Source of the DNA: Hyaloraphidium curvatum SAG 235-1
Taxonomy: Eukaryota; Fungi; Monoblepharomycota
Reading direction: 5' to 3'
DNA length: 64,000 nucleotides
Assembly (NCBI GenBank): GCA_025558095.1
Contig: JAIVFI010000032.1
Coordinates: 310,001 to 374,000, forward strand
The notes under the pieces were generated by a model. It did no database searches. It saw only the letters and a list, made by a program, of their open reading frames with translations, and was not told the DNA's origin. Position 1 is the stretch's first letter. Every line of letters begins with the position of its first letter. This document shows, in pieces, positions 32,651 through 43,111 of the stretch. Made by a program: the position numbers and the translations under genes.

Positions 32651-33922
32651 TCACTTCGAATCCGTAGCTACATCAACGCCATCTCCAGCCACTGACTTTT
32701 CCAGATCGCCGTCGACGGCAACCCCGGGCCAGGTGTTGCGATGGAGCCTGACCGCGTCCCCGTTCGCCCGATACCGCCGCCATCCTGCGTCCGTGCCGAG
32801 CCACCAGTCCCAGGAGAGCAAGGGGATGCCAAAGAAGGCACCGAAGTTACCGGCGTTCTGAGAGTGGTGATCTGGGGAGGGGAAACAAGGGGTTAGGCTC
32901 AGATGGTAGATCGCATCGCGCAATCTACTCACAATCGTGGAAATACTGGGGGCAGAACCAATTGTACGGGATCCAAGGCACCGTGTAGCCGCAGTGGATG
33001 TGCAGATCGTTGCTGATGGTGTAGGCCAGCACGGCAACCTGGGTGAACAGGTCCTGCCCGACGGTGTGAGCCAGGATGAGGTCTGCGATGACGCCCATCA
33101 GGCCGAGGCAGAGTTTCTCCTCCGGCGAGTCCTGGTTGCGAGCAATGAGCGCCGACACGAACGCATTCAGACATGTACCAACCACTAGGTGGCCGTAAAC
33201 GTTGACCGTCTTCATGTCGTGATGCTTTTTGTGTTTAGGCCAAGAGGTGTAGGCTTTGGGCGTGTGCATCCAGCGGTGGAACCAGTAGTCTACCCCAAGG
33301 ACCAGTCAGGCGAGAAGACCAGGGACATTCGGATGTCCTACACATCGTGTCAAAGGCGAAGATGTTGAAGCAGAAACGCGCGACGAAAGCAGGAACAGAG
33401 GGCACCGTCGACGTCGCGATCTCGCCGCGGCTGTAGAATAGGAGCCAGAACGAGAGCTGGTCCCACGGAATAAGCTTGTCGAGTCCCGGCCGGATCTGCG
33501 GCCAAAACTCGTCCTCCAGCCCCGTGTCCTCGTTCTTGCGGTGGGGCAATGTCTTCCATCGGTCAAAGTAGCCGTAGTGGTCCGCGCTGCGGGGGAGGAG
33601 TCGGCCCTCAAGTTTCCCGGACTGTCTCCCGACACACGAACCCGCGGTACAGAAGGAAAGACGGCCAGAACCCGACGTTGTACGCGATCTTGAGCGCGTA
33701 GGACTGCACGACGCCTGTAGCGATCCAGTTCCGCCATTGCTCGGAGAGAAAGCGGGGCAGAATCGAGGCTAGCGAGGCGACGGATCGCCCGACGACTCCG
33801 GTCCACGCGTCTCGTAGCCAAAAAGGAAACACAGGCCAGCCCGGGCCGGGAAAGAGCGCAAAACGCGCAAATCGATATGGAGACGAGCTCGTGGACCCCG
33901 CGAGGGGCTCGAGCCACCCCAT
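32651..33922 (-). CDS. Fatty acid hydroxylase/sterol desaturase superfamily protein, multi-exon
   Basis: His boxes YWFHRWMH, HKKHH, LHIHCG and FHD/xHH across exons, plus GNFG...WDWWLGT. Exon boundaries are approximate. Confidence 0.85.
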
Positions 33923-34139
33923 GTCGATGTGGGTGGGCAGCAGGCGGAGGATTCGGACGGGGCTGATCGTTCCGCTCCGAGTCCTCTGCGTTCTGCTCCT
34001 GGCGGAAGAAGCACATCTGTATCCCACCTGTTTGCCACAACGCAGAGTCAATGAATTTCCGTCGATCTACTCGGGTACATGTTTTCCGTTGCTTCCTCCC
34101 TCCAACGGCACGGGAACCCGGTCGTCATCAGGCTAGCTT

Positions 34140-35423
34140 TCAGATTTCGTCGAGATCGGAATCCGAGTCCGACACGGCCATGACCTCATCCCTCACATCG
34201 TTGTCCCAGCGTCCAATCTCTGCGTTCTCCAACGACTCCCAGAAGAGGATTTCGCGCTTCATCGCCCTCATCCGGGCGACCGTCAAGTCCTCCAAGTTCT
34301 CGTCTTCCGAGGGGCAAAAAAGTGTGAAGACGAGCCGAACGTGGCCCGACTTCAGCGCGGTTGCGATGCCATCAAGAACGGCGGCCGGACGTCCGGTGAC
34401 GTGGACGACAAAGGCTTGAAGTTCCTCAAGATTCGGAGGGAGGCCAGAGAGAAACAGATCGGGGTCGAAATTGTCAAATGAAAGTGTGCGCACGGAACGC
34501 AAGCCCGTGATCAATTCCCAGCATGGTTCCGATGGAGATTCGGAATCACTTTCCCCGTCCCATACGATCGCCGTTGGACTGAATCCTTCCATATCCAGGG
34601 CAAGCCGAAGATCGCCGACGTTAAGATATGTCCACGTTCTGATCTTTTGTCGGAACTGCGCGGGCAGCCACTCTTTAAGGGTCTCATTGCTCAAGTGCCG
34701 CAGGCCCCAGAGCTCGCAATCGACGGACTCCAAACACGGGCAGCGGTCCACCAGTCCGTGGAAGAGAGTTCGGTTGGGTCTACCAGCGTAGGAGAAAACA
34801 CTGAGCCGCGGCATGTGGTCGAACCAGCCCGGTTCGTCCGCTTCTCCTTTCACGCAAAGCCGCAACTCCCTAAGATTATCTTTGCGAAGCTCGCTGAACA
34901 CCATTCGCACGTCCCGCCAGGATGCAAAAGTGAATGAGCCATTTTGGAGACCCGTGCAGGCGTAAAGGAGCCGGCGGAACCGTTCGACCATGCCGCTTTC
35001 CCAACACGTGAGATCGAGTACCAGGGTCCGCACGGACTCGAACTTGTCTGTCGTCGGGTAGTAGCGTTCAGGAACAAAGTTCTTGACGGCACGCTCCGGG
35101 TAGAACATTTGCCGGATGTCGAGCTCCGACAGGAAGCGCGGCCTCACAAGGTCGCGGAACTCCCGGCACGCCAGCATCATCCGAAGCAAGACGGGAGAGC
35201 GCGGAGGAAAGTACGCGGCGATACTGAGCACCAGCTCGGGCGGCAGCGTCGGCACAGGGGCAACGGGGCTCGGTTCCGTGTCACGAGACGCGTCCGCGCC
35301 GCAACCCGCTTGCGCAAGCCGCTCGTGGAGCGCTACGACTTCGGCGCGCAGGGCAGCAACTTCGGAGTGGAGTCCAGCATTTTCCGCCCGGAGCAGCGCG
35401 TTTTCTGCAGCGAGAGTCGCCAT
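34140..35423 (-). CDS. F-box-like protein with N-terminal coiled coil and LRR-like body (tandem copy A)
   Basis: Heptad LRAENAGLHSEVAALRAEV; F-box-like PTLPPELVLSIAAY...LACREFRDLV; collinear with 35505-36797. Confidence 0.8.
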   Translation of the reverse strand: MATLAAENALLRAENAGLHSEVAALRAEVVALHERLAQAGCGADASRDTEPSPVAPVPTLPPELVLSIAAYFPPRSPVLLRMMLACREFRDLVRPRFLSELDIRQMFYPERAVKNFVPERYYPTTDKFESVRTLVLDLTCWESGMVERFRRLLYACTGLQNGSFTFASWRDVRMVFSELRKDNLRELRLCVKGEADEPGWFDHMPRLSVFSYAGRPNRTLFHGLVDRCPCLESVDCELWGLRHLSNETLKEWLPAQFRQKIRTWTYLNVGDLRLALDMEGFSPTAIVWDGESDSESPSEPCWELITGLRSVRTLSFDNFDPDLFLSGLPPNLEELQAFVVHVTGRPAAVLDGIATALKSGHVRLVFTLFCPSEDENLEDLTVARMRAMKREILFWESLENAEIGRWDNDVRDEVMAVSDSDSDLDEI

Positions 35424-35504
35424 TGACGCGCGATTTCGGTGTACCGTCGCTCGTCATGCATCGCATCATCGATCTCCACCGCGCACTACATTTGAAGAAC
35501 CTCG

Positions 35505-36797
35505 CTATTCATCGAGCTCGTCGCCATCCGAATCGTCCGCATCCGACACGGCCATGATGGCCGATCTCCCATCGTTGCTCCAGTATTCGATCCCCGCGTT
35601 CTCCAGCGACTCCCAGAAGAGCACTTCCCGCTTCATCGCCTTCATTTCGCCGACCGTCAGGCGCTCCGCTGCACTCTCGCCCGAACGTGGGCAGTAGAGG
35701 TCCACGAAGAGGCGGAGATTCGTCCCGGCGAGCTTCGCAGCTATGGCTCCGAGCACGGCGGGCGGCAGTCCGCTGACGTCGACGGTCCCGGTTCGGAGCT
35801 CCTCGAGATTCGGAGGTAGGCCGAGGAGAAGGAGCTCCGGATCGAAAGTTTCAAGCCAAAGCGTGCGCAAGCGAGACAGGCCCGTGATCGATCTCCAGCA
35901 TGCTTCCGAAGGGAAAGAGATGTCTTCGATGTCTTCGCCAGGCATGATCGATGTTGGGTCGAAGCCATTCAGAGAGAGGGCGACCGAAAGAGCGGCGGGA
36001 TGAAGGCACGTCCAAGTCCTGATTTTCCGAACGAACTTCGCCGGCAGAAGGTGGTTCAAGGTCTCATGATCCAGTGCCCACGGGAGCCACAGCTCGCAGT
36101 CCACGGACTCCAAAGATGGACATTGCTCCACCACTCCGCGGAAGAACGCTCGGCTGGGTGCACCGGCGTAGGAGAAGACCTTGAGAGACCGCGTGCGCTC
36201 GTACCAACCCGCACCATCAGGTTCTCCTTCCATTCGAAGCCTCAGCTCCGTCAGGTTCTCTGCGCGGATATGATGGAGCGCTGCTCGCGCGTCCTCCCAG
36301 GATGAGAAGGAGAACGAGGCATTTTGCAGCTTCGTGCACGCTTCAATGAGTGTCTGGAATCGACCGAACATGTCGGTTTCCCATCGCCCGAGATCGAGAT
36401 CCAGGGTCCGCACAGCTTCGAACCCGATCCTGCTTGGATCACGGCGGTGTGCGAGCACGAAGTTCATCAAGGCACTCTCCGGGTAGAACATCCCGCGGAG
36501 GTCGAGCTCCGACAGGAAGCGAGGTGCGACGAGGTCGTGGAAAGCCCTGCAGGCCAACATCATCCGGAGCAGGGTGGGCGACCGGGGCGGGAAGTACGAG
36601 GCAACCTTCAGAACCAGCTCTGGTGGCAGCGTAGGAACTTCGACCGCCTCGGGGTCCGGCCGGAGTTCGGGCGACGGGTGCGCCTCAAGCCCCGCCCGGG
36701 CGAGCAGCTCGCGAAGCTGCGCGACTTCCGCCTTCAGAGAAACATTCTCGGCACGGAGCTCCGCGATGAGCTCGTTTTCGTCGGCGAGGGCGGCCAT
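35505..36797 (-). CDS. F-box-like protein with N-terminal coiled coil and LRR-like body (tandem copy B)
   Basis: MAALADENELIAELRAENVSLKAEV; PTLPPELVLKVASY...LACRAFHDLV; aligns with copy A to the acidic C-terminus. Confidence 0.8.
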   Translation of the reverse strand: MAALADENELIAELRAENVSLKAEVAQLRELLARAGLEAHPSPELRPDPEAVEVPTLPPELVLKVASYFPPRSPTLLRMMLACRAFHDLVAPRFLSELDLRGMFYPESALMNFVLAHRRDPSRIGFEAVRTLDLDLGRWETDMFGRFQTLIEACTKLQNASFSFSSWEDARAALHHIRAENLTELRLRMEGEPDGAGWYERTRSLKVFSYAGAPSRAFFRGVVEQCPSLESVDCELWLPWALDHETLNHLLPAKFVRKIRTWTCLHPAALSVALSLNGFDPTSIMPGEDIEDISFPSEACWRSITGLSRLRTLWLETFDPELLLLGLPPNLEELRTGTVDVSGLPPAVLGAIAAKLAGTNLRLFVDLYCPRSGESAAERLTVGEMKAMKREVLFWESLENAGIEYWSNDGRSAIMAVSDADDSDGDELDE

Positions 36798-36857
36798 TGC
36801 GAAGCGGTGTTCGAGTCGATGGGCCGCGTGATTGAACGACACGTCAACCTCCCTACG

Positions 36858-39212
36858 ATGTCCTTCCCCGGCGGCGCGTTCGCGCTGCCGACGCCGCTGC
36901 TCACCGAAGCAACGCGGCGGTTGGCGTCTCCGACCGGCCTCCGCGGGCTGCGCGGCGCGGCGGTGTTTGTCGACGCGTCCGCGGCGGCCGCGCTGCGGTG
37001 GTCCCCGCCGGGCGGGTTGGCCGGGCTGCTGCTCGAAAGGGGCGGGGCGGCGTCGGTGCAGGACATTTCCAGCATCAGACTGGAGGACGACGACGCGTCG
37101 GAGGTCGCAGCGGAGGGCGCCGAGGACTTTGAACCCCTGAGGCCCGCCCAATCCCGCCGCGCCGCGTTCGTGGTCGCCGCACCGCTGCCGTACCATTTGA
37201 GGCGGATCCGCCGCGCGCTGCTCTCTCACGGCTACGAGAAATGCACCGTGTTCTCGGCACTGGACGAGGCGGCGCACGCGCAGCTGGCCGAAGCGCCCTA
37301 TCCCGCCCAGGGCCGCGAGCGGGGCGACGAGGACACGGGGAACGAGCCCGAATATGCCCGCCAGCTGTGGATCGAGTGCCGCAAGGGCGGCGGCAGCTGG
37401 GAGCGCGACGCGGACGACGCGTACTTTGCCGCCGCCGAGATGCGGCTGCGACACTGGCTGCTCGAGGGCCGGGAGAGGCACCCGCCGCCCGAGGGCGCGG
37501 AGCCTTTCGGCGAGCCCGAGGTCTCCGTCCTGCACTTCCCACTGGCGCTGTACGCGCCCATTTCGGACCGCTTCTTGCTGCTGCCGGCAAGCGACATGTT
37601 CCCGCTGCTGGATCCGGACCGCCACATCGCCGACCAGGAGCCCAGGCTCGGCAACCTCTCCCCCGTGGTGCAGCGCCGCTTCCTCCTCGCCGCCGGCGCC
37701 CTTTCCTCCCTCCTGGATGCCCTAGACGTGCAGGACCACGTCTACAGCGCCGGCCGCTCCGCCGGTCTCCTCGCCCGCGTCCTCACCACGCAGTTTGCCA
37801 CCACCCCGCGCCGACGTTCCTCTCGCACCGCATCCCTCGTCATCCTCGACCGCACCCTCGACATAATTCCACCGGCCTCGGCGCCGGACAACCTCTTGGA
37901 CCAGGCACTCGCCGTTTTGCCCCGCGACACCCCTTACGACGCCTCCGTCCCCTCGGACTTCCTCCTCCCCCTCTTCACCCCGCGCCTCCCCCTCTCCCAC
38001 GGCATGGACCCCTCCAAGCTCCCCCTCCTCGGCACCATCCTTTCCCACCCCGCGCGGGAATCCCTCGCCCGGGTGCGCAAGAAGCTCGCCGACGCCGTGA
38101 ACCGCGACGGGCCCGAGGAGTTCCGCACCCCCGGCAAGCTCCCCGGCCGCGTGACCGCGGCGCAGCTCAACAGGCTGCTGTCGGCCTTCAGGGGGGATGA
38201 GGAGAACCTGCTGCGGCATGCGGGGGCGGTGGAGGCGGCGGCGATCGCGGCGGGGGTGCTGCAGCGGCAGGCAGGGCTGGAGGAGAGGCTGGGGACGGAG
38301 AAAGTGCTGCTGCTGGGGCTGGCGCAGGGGGACGAGGAGGCGGTCGAGGGGGCGGTGGAGCAGTGGAGGTCGCTTCTGCCCGAGGAAACGTCGAGCGAGG
38401 AGGGGAGGCAGAAGTTTGCTGCGGCGGTGGGGCTGCTGGTCAACGTTTGGATGCGGCTGCCGCGGCCCGACAGGGGGCTGGCGGGGAGGGTGAGGGAGGC
38501 GCTGCTAAAGTGCCTGCTCGCTGAGCCGCCGGCATCGGACGACGAAGCCGGGGAGCCCGAGGCGGACGAGGAGTTTGACGCCGATTGGGGCTGGGGCCAG
38601 GAAGGCGGGTCCTCCCCTCCCCGCGCGGAAAAGGCGCCCAAGCCCGACGCCGAGGACCGCTACCGCGCGTGGAAGGAGCGCAAGCGCACGCTCGAGTTCG
38701 AGGCCGACGTGTTCATGGAGCGCCTCGAGGCGCTGCGGCGGCAGCAATCCCGCATCTTTTCCGAACCGGGCGCCGACTACGCGCCGCTGGTGCGCAGGGT
38801 GGCGGCGGAGCTCACTTCCCCGCGCTCGCAACTCGCCTCGCGCGCGGGCGCGCTGACATCTGCCGCCTCCGCCCTGGGCTCGTGGCTTCAGAAGCCCGGA
38901 GAAGCCGCGGGCGGAGAAGAGCTGAAGCACCACTCGTACGGGCTCATCAGCTACGCCGCCTCCTCCGTCGCCGGCGGCCTCGCGGGGGTGCTCAAGACGG
39001 TGCAGACGGCGGCGATGAAGACGATCGAGCCCGGCGGGAACAAGGTGCTCATCCTGTTCGTGCTCGGGGGGATCACGGGCGGCGAGGTGCAGGCGGCGGT
39101 GGAAGCGTGGGAGGCGAGCAGGGGAGGGGTGGAGGAGCTGATTGTGGGGTCGGGGAGCATGGCGGGGGATGTTTTCGAGAGGCTGGGAGGGGAGCTGTTG
39201 TCGACGCCTTGA
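36858..39212 (+). CDS. SCFD2: Sec1 family domain-containing protein 2 (SCFD2/MIP3-like), intronless
   Basis: AVFVDASAAAALRW, AAFVV, CTVFSALDEAAH, ASLVILDRTLD, PGRVTAAQL and LILFVLGGITGGEV follow the SCFD2 motif order; DRxxD and FxxGGxT are SM-protein hallmarks. Confidence 0.78.
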   Translation: MSFPGGAFALPTPLLTEATRRLASPTGLRGLRGAAVFVDASAAAALRWSPPGGLAGLLLERGGAASVQDISSIRLEDDDASEVAAEGAEDFEPLRPAQSRRAAFVVAAPLPYHLRRIRRALLSHGYEKCTVFSALDEAAHAQLAEAPYPAQGRERGDEDTGNEPEYARQLWIECRKGGGSWERDADDAYFAAAEMRLRHWLLEGRERHPPPEGAEPFGEPEVSVLHFPLALYAPISDRFLLLPASDMFPLLDPDRHIADQEPRLGNLSPVVQRRFLLAAGALSSLLDALDVQDHVYSAGRSAGLLARVLTTQFATTPRRRSSRTASLVILDRTLDIIPPASAPDNLLDQALAVLPRDTPYDASVPSDFLLPLFTPRLPLSHGMDPSKLPLLGTILSHPARESLARVRKKLADAVNRDGPEEFRTPGKLPGRVTAAQLNRLLSAFRGDEENLLRHAGAVEAAAIAAGVLQRQAGLEERLGTEKVLLLGLAQGDEEAVEGAVEQWRSLLPEETSSEEGRQKFAAAVGLLVNVWMRLPRPDRGLAGRVREALLKCLLAEPPASDDEAGEPEADEEFDADWGWGQEGGSSPPRAEKAPKPDAEDRYRAWKERKRTLEFEADVFMERLEALRRQQSRIFSEPGADYAPLVRRVAAELTSPRSQLASRAGALTSAASALGSWLQKPGEAAGGEELKHHSYGLISYAASSVAGGLAGVLKTVQTAAMKTIEPGGNKVLILFVLGGITGGEVQAAVEAWEASRGGVEELIVGSGSMAGDVFERLGGELLSTP

Positions 39213-39386
39213 ATGAACGCGATGGTCTTCCCGAAGATTGCGAAGAGAAAGGAATGGAAGCGGACGACAACCAAGCAGCGCGCGCGGGGATTCGAGTGTG
39301 TTGATATGCTTTCTGTGGTGCAGCGCTCGAGAGCAACCGACACTTGAGTCATCGGTCGTGAACTCGTCCAGTCACCCCTCAACGCG

Positions 39387-40034
39387 ATGGAAGCTCCCAC
39401 AGTTCCCGAACTCCCTACAGAGATCCTGCTCATTATAATGGAGCTGCTCGCCTCCCGTCGTTGCCGGCGCACTCTCTTGTCCTTGGGTCTCGCGAGCCGG
39501 GCCGCCTGGGAGTTTGTGCGGCCCGTGCTCCACCGGAAGCTGGAGGTCACGGACGGCAACTACGCGGCCGTGATGACCCTGTTCGCATACGAGGGGGAGC
39601 AGGGACCCCGCTTTAGGGAACTGGTCTTGGAAGTGGATTGCGCGGACGCCTGGTCGCTGCTCATTCGGCGATCCCCGGTCCTCGCCGAGGTGCACTCCCT
39701 TACGTTGATGCTGCGAGGCGATCTAGCCTACATTCACACGATTTGTGAAGAGCTGTCTCGATTTCCCCGGGTTGTTGCTGTCGCATTGGACAATTGGGAC
39801 CCGTTGAGGCTCGTGGTCTACAGCTCTCCGCCGGAGCTCGTCTTAGTTTCTCCAAAACCGACGAGGCTGCTGTTCGAAGGAGATCAAAGGGAGCACGCAG
39901 TGCGTTATGTGAAGGAGCAGAGGCGTCCGCACACCCGAGTCACGGTCAGGGGACTGCAGCCATCGTATGGGACCAGCGTCGAGGAGCAGGCGGCCTTTTG
40001 GCGGTCGCTGCCCAACACGACCGTCGAGCCGTGA
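39387..40034 (+). CDS. Short F-box-like protein
   Basis: VPELPTEILLIIMELL...LGLASRAAWEFVRP; C-terminal FWRSLPN resembles FWESLEN of the tandem pair. Confidence 0.7.
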   Translation: MEAPTVPELPTEILLIIMELLASRRCRRTLLSLGLASRAAWEFVRPVLHRKLEVTDGNYAAVMTLFAYEGEQGPRFRELVLEVDCADAWSLLIRRSPVLAEVHSLTLMLRGDLAYIHTICEELSRFPRVVAVALDNWDPLRLVVYSSPPELVLVSPKPTRLLFEGDQREHAVRYVKEQRRPHTRVTVRGLQPSYGTSVEEQAAFWRSLPNTTVEP

Positions 40035-40172
40035 CGTTAGTGTACAACTGAGGTTTTACGGTGTATCGCTTCTAGAGTTTAACGGAAAGCTCATCTTCAA
40101 CGCCTCGGAAAGCGACCAGTCGGCGCCGTAGTGACGAGTGTCCCAACTCCACTTCCCTCTCCACCAACCACG

Positions 40173-41241
40173 ATGACCCTGAACACCTCGCCGCCGCCGC
40201 TCCACCCGCGTGCCGAGGCCGCCGACGAGAGCACCGCCGGCTGCCCCGCGTGCCCGGGCTGCGCGGCGCCGCTGCTTCCCTCCGCCGAGCCGTCGACCGC
40301 CTGCGAGTGCCGCACCGTCCGCTGCCGTGCCTGCGCCGAAGCCCTCTTCGCCGACCCCGCCGCGTGCCCCGACTGCGGAAAGGCGCCCGCCGGCCCGCGC
40401 GGGGTCGTCGGCATCGAGGCGTTCCCGGAGATCCACCGCGCGCTGCTCGCCGCCAAGTTCGACTGCGTCTGCGGCACCCCGCTCGCCATGGCCGCCGCCG
40501 AGGAGCACTACAAGACGTGCGAGGCCCTGTGCTGCCAGCACTGCGGCTTCGCCCAGGCCAACCCGGAGGAGCTCGCGGTGAGTCAGCGATCGCACCTGCT
40601 CCGATCGCGGGCCCTGACGGTGGCCTATCCTCACCGCGTAGAACCACGTTGAGGTCCATTGCACCAAGAGGATCATCATCTGCGAGAACGGCTGCGGCGC
40701 GGAGGTGCCCGCCGGCAAGCTCGAGGCGCACTTCCTCGCGTGCACCAAGCGCCTCGTACCCTGCGGATTCGCTGCGTGCGACTACATGGTGGGCATCGTC
40801 TGCTTGCGATCATTCTCAACAAAATGCCAACCTCTGCATTGTCTTCCAACAGGGTTCGTTCGATGCCATGCCCCAGCACGAGCAGACATGCGCCTTCAGG
40901 ACCTCGGGCACCGCCGACCCCAACTTCCTACTGCACGACGCCACCAAGGCCCACTCGAAGTCCTTCTCGACCTCCTCCAGCATGCCTCAACAGGTCGGTG
41001 TGGGTGGTTTCCCGTTCCTAGGCACCGATCTGACCGATCTTGGTTTGCTGTCCCAGGAACCCAACCAGCGCAAGCATCCGGCCAGGAACGTCAGCTTCTT
41101 CGGCGTCAGCGTGAGCCAGCACTGCACCGCTCCCACGTTTTGGTTGGTGACCCTGTCCTCCTCCCTCAGTCCCCCAGGCGCGTGCAGGAGCCCGCCAAGG
41201 ACGGACCGGGTGTCGCCTTCCAAGAGGCCACCACCCTCTGA
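40173..41241 (+). CDS. RING-like plus TRAF-type zinc-finger protein, 5 exons
   Basis: CPGC..CEC...CRAC..CPDC RING-like cluster. After splicing (40578-40641, about 40789-40851, 40994-41056, 41111-41169): HVEVHCTKRIIICENGC, HFLACTKRLVPCGFAAC, HEQTC. Stop at 41239-41241. Confidence 0.78.
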
Positions 41242-41528
41242 GCTGGCCCCCGGCGTAGATCAGAAGCACACGAGCATGGGCGACAATGGAGAGTGAGGTT
41301 AGACAGAGATCGGATATCGCTGTATTTGTAGATCATCAATCCGTCCGTCTGCATCGCGCGGACTGTTCGTGTGGACCCTGAACTTCTGATGGCTGGGGTC
41401 CAAGTCAACTTCTTTCCTGACGCCCGAAGACAGTCTGGCCCCGAAATCTTTCGTTGTCCCATTTCCGATTTTGTTCCCACGGACGGGATTCCGCGGAGCT
41501 TCTTGCCGCATGCGCCCTTGCCGACGCG

Positions 41529-43065
41529 ATGGCGCGGCCGCACAGTTTCCACCTCCATTCCGACGTGGTGGATTTCGACACGGACCCCCAAACCTACCGA
41601 AAAGTCATCCTGGGCGACGGAGGGTTTGCCGTCGTGTACCGGGGCAGGTATTGCCGGGACACGCCCGTGGCCATCAAGGTGCTCAAGAGCCAAGACCAGC
41701 AGGGCCAGTATGAACGGCTCCGCGTGAAGCTGGTCCATGAGGTCGAGAAGTGGCAGGGTCTGACGCACGGGAATAGTGCGTGTTTCGACTCCGCGTTCCG
41801 ACCGAATTTAACAGGACGCGTCTCGCGCAGTTCTCCAGTTCCATGGCTACATCACGGAACCGCTGGCCATGGTTGCCGAAATCGCCGATGGAGGAGACCT
41901 GCGTCAGCTGCTGAACCGGGCGATTCAACAGCCGGGACTGCTGGACAGGGACGGACCCCGCATCTTGCTGCAGATTGCGAAGGGCATGTCCTACCTCCAC
42001 TCGCGGGACGTCCTGCACTGCGATCTGAAGCCAGAGAATGTCGTGATCTCCGGGGACGTGTGCAGAGTTTCTGATTTTGGGCTGGCGGCTGTGCGCGATG
42101 CCATGGGGACCGAAGGGGGCATCCCGCTTGGGGGGACACTCGGATACATTGCCCCGGAAGTGTTCGCCAACCCGCCGATTCGGAATAAGCTGAGCGATGT
42201 CTGGAGCTACGGTGTTATCGCATTCGAGGTATTCTCCGAGACCCACTCCGCCGCGAACTGGGACAGGGACAGGCGCCCGCGCCCCTACAGAGTCGACGAT
42301 CGTTCATGGAACTTGATCAGCAGCTGTACCAACCCCCTGTACCACGAGCGGAACCACTTCTGGAAGATCGTGGACATCCTCACTCTCAACAACGAATGGA
42401 GAGTGGATGGCAGGCCGCTCCAGTGCACGGCCATCGACGGCAGCGCAAGAGCGCCAGCAGGGAGCACTGATTTCGAGGCCACTTTGTCGCGCAGCTTTGT
42501 AGATCTTCCCAGCTCCCTGGACTTAAACTCTTCACCGAGCGAACCTAGGCCGGATGGGGCCGGACGGCACCTCGATAGCGCGGTTACCCCGGACGTGGAC
42601 GATTTGCTCCGTCGCGGCCTCGCGCTTGAGAACGGCGATGGGGTCCCCAGGAACCTCGAAGCAGCAGTCAGCCTCTTTCGCCAAGCCGCTGATCTTAGCG
42701 ACCCGCGGGGCCAGTTTGCCGTCGGGTGGGCGTGCGAGAGCGGCAGAGGCGCAGAAAAGGATCTCGCCGAGGCTTTTTCGTGGTACCGCAAGGCCGCGGA
42801 GAAGGGCCACATAGACGCGTGTGTCCACCTGGGTTGGTGCTACGAGTTTGCAAAGGGCACTGCTGCGGACGTGGACGAGGCTGTGAGGTGGTACCGGATC
42901 GCGGCTGAGCGTGGCGAGCCGAGGGCGCAGTACGCTCTTGGTTGGGCTCACAAGACGGGTCGTGGCGCTGCAAAAGACGACAGTTTGGCATTTGCATGGT
43001 TCAAGAAAGCGGCGGACCAGGGTCATGAGGATGCCTCGAACATGCTCGCTGCGGCAACGACGTGA
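41529..43065 (+). CDS. Tyrosine kinase-like (TKL) protein kinase with C-terminal Sel1-like repeats
   Basis: LGDGGFAVVYRG, VAIK, HGNILQFHG (across intron 41776-41830), HCDLKPEN, DFG, GTLGYIAPE, SDVWSYG; four Sel1 repeats (LGWCYEFAKG, WYRKAAEKG, WFKKAADQG). Confidence 0.92.
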
Positions 43066-43111
43066 TGTTGCTACTTGCTCTCTCCAACATGTTCGAACTC
43101 GAACGGTCAGA

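Noticed and set aside
40173-43065. Single TRAF-kinase-Sel1 fusion gene
   Set aside because: The zinc-finger gene reaches a stop (41241 spliced, 41296 unspliced), the kinase has its own ATG at 41529, and I found no convincing bridging splice.
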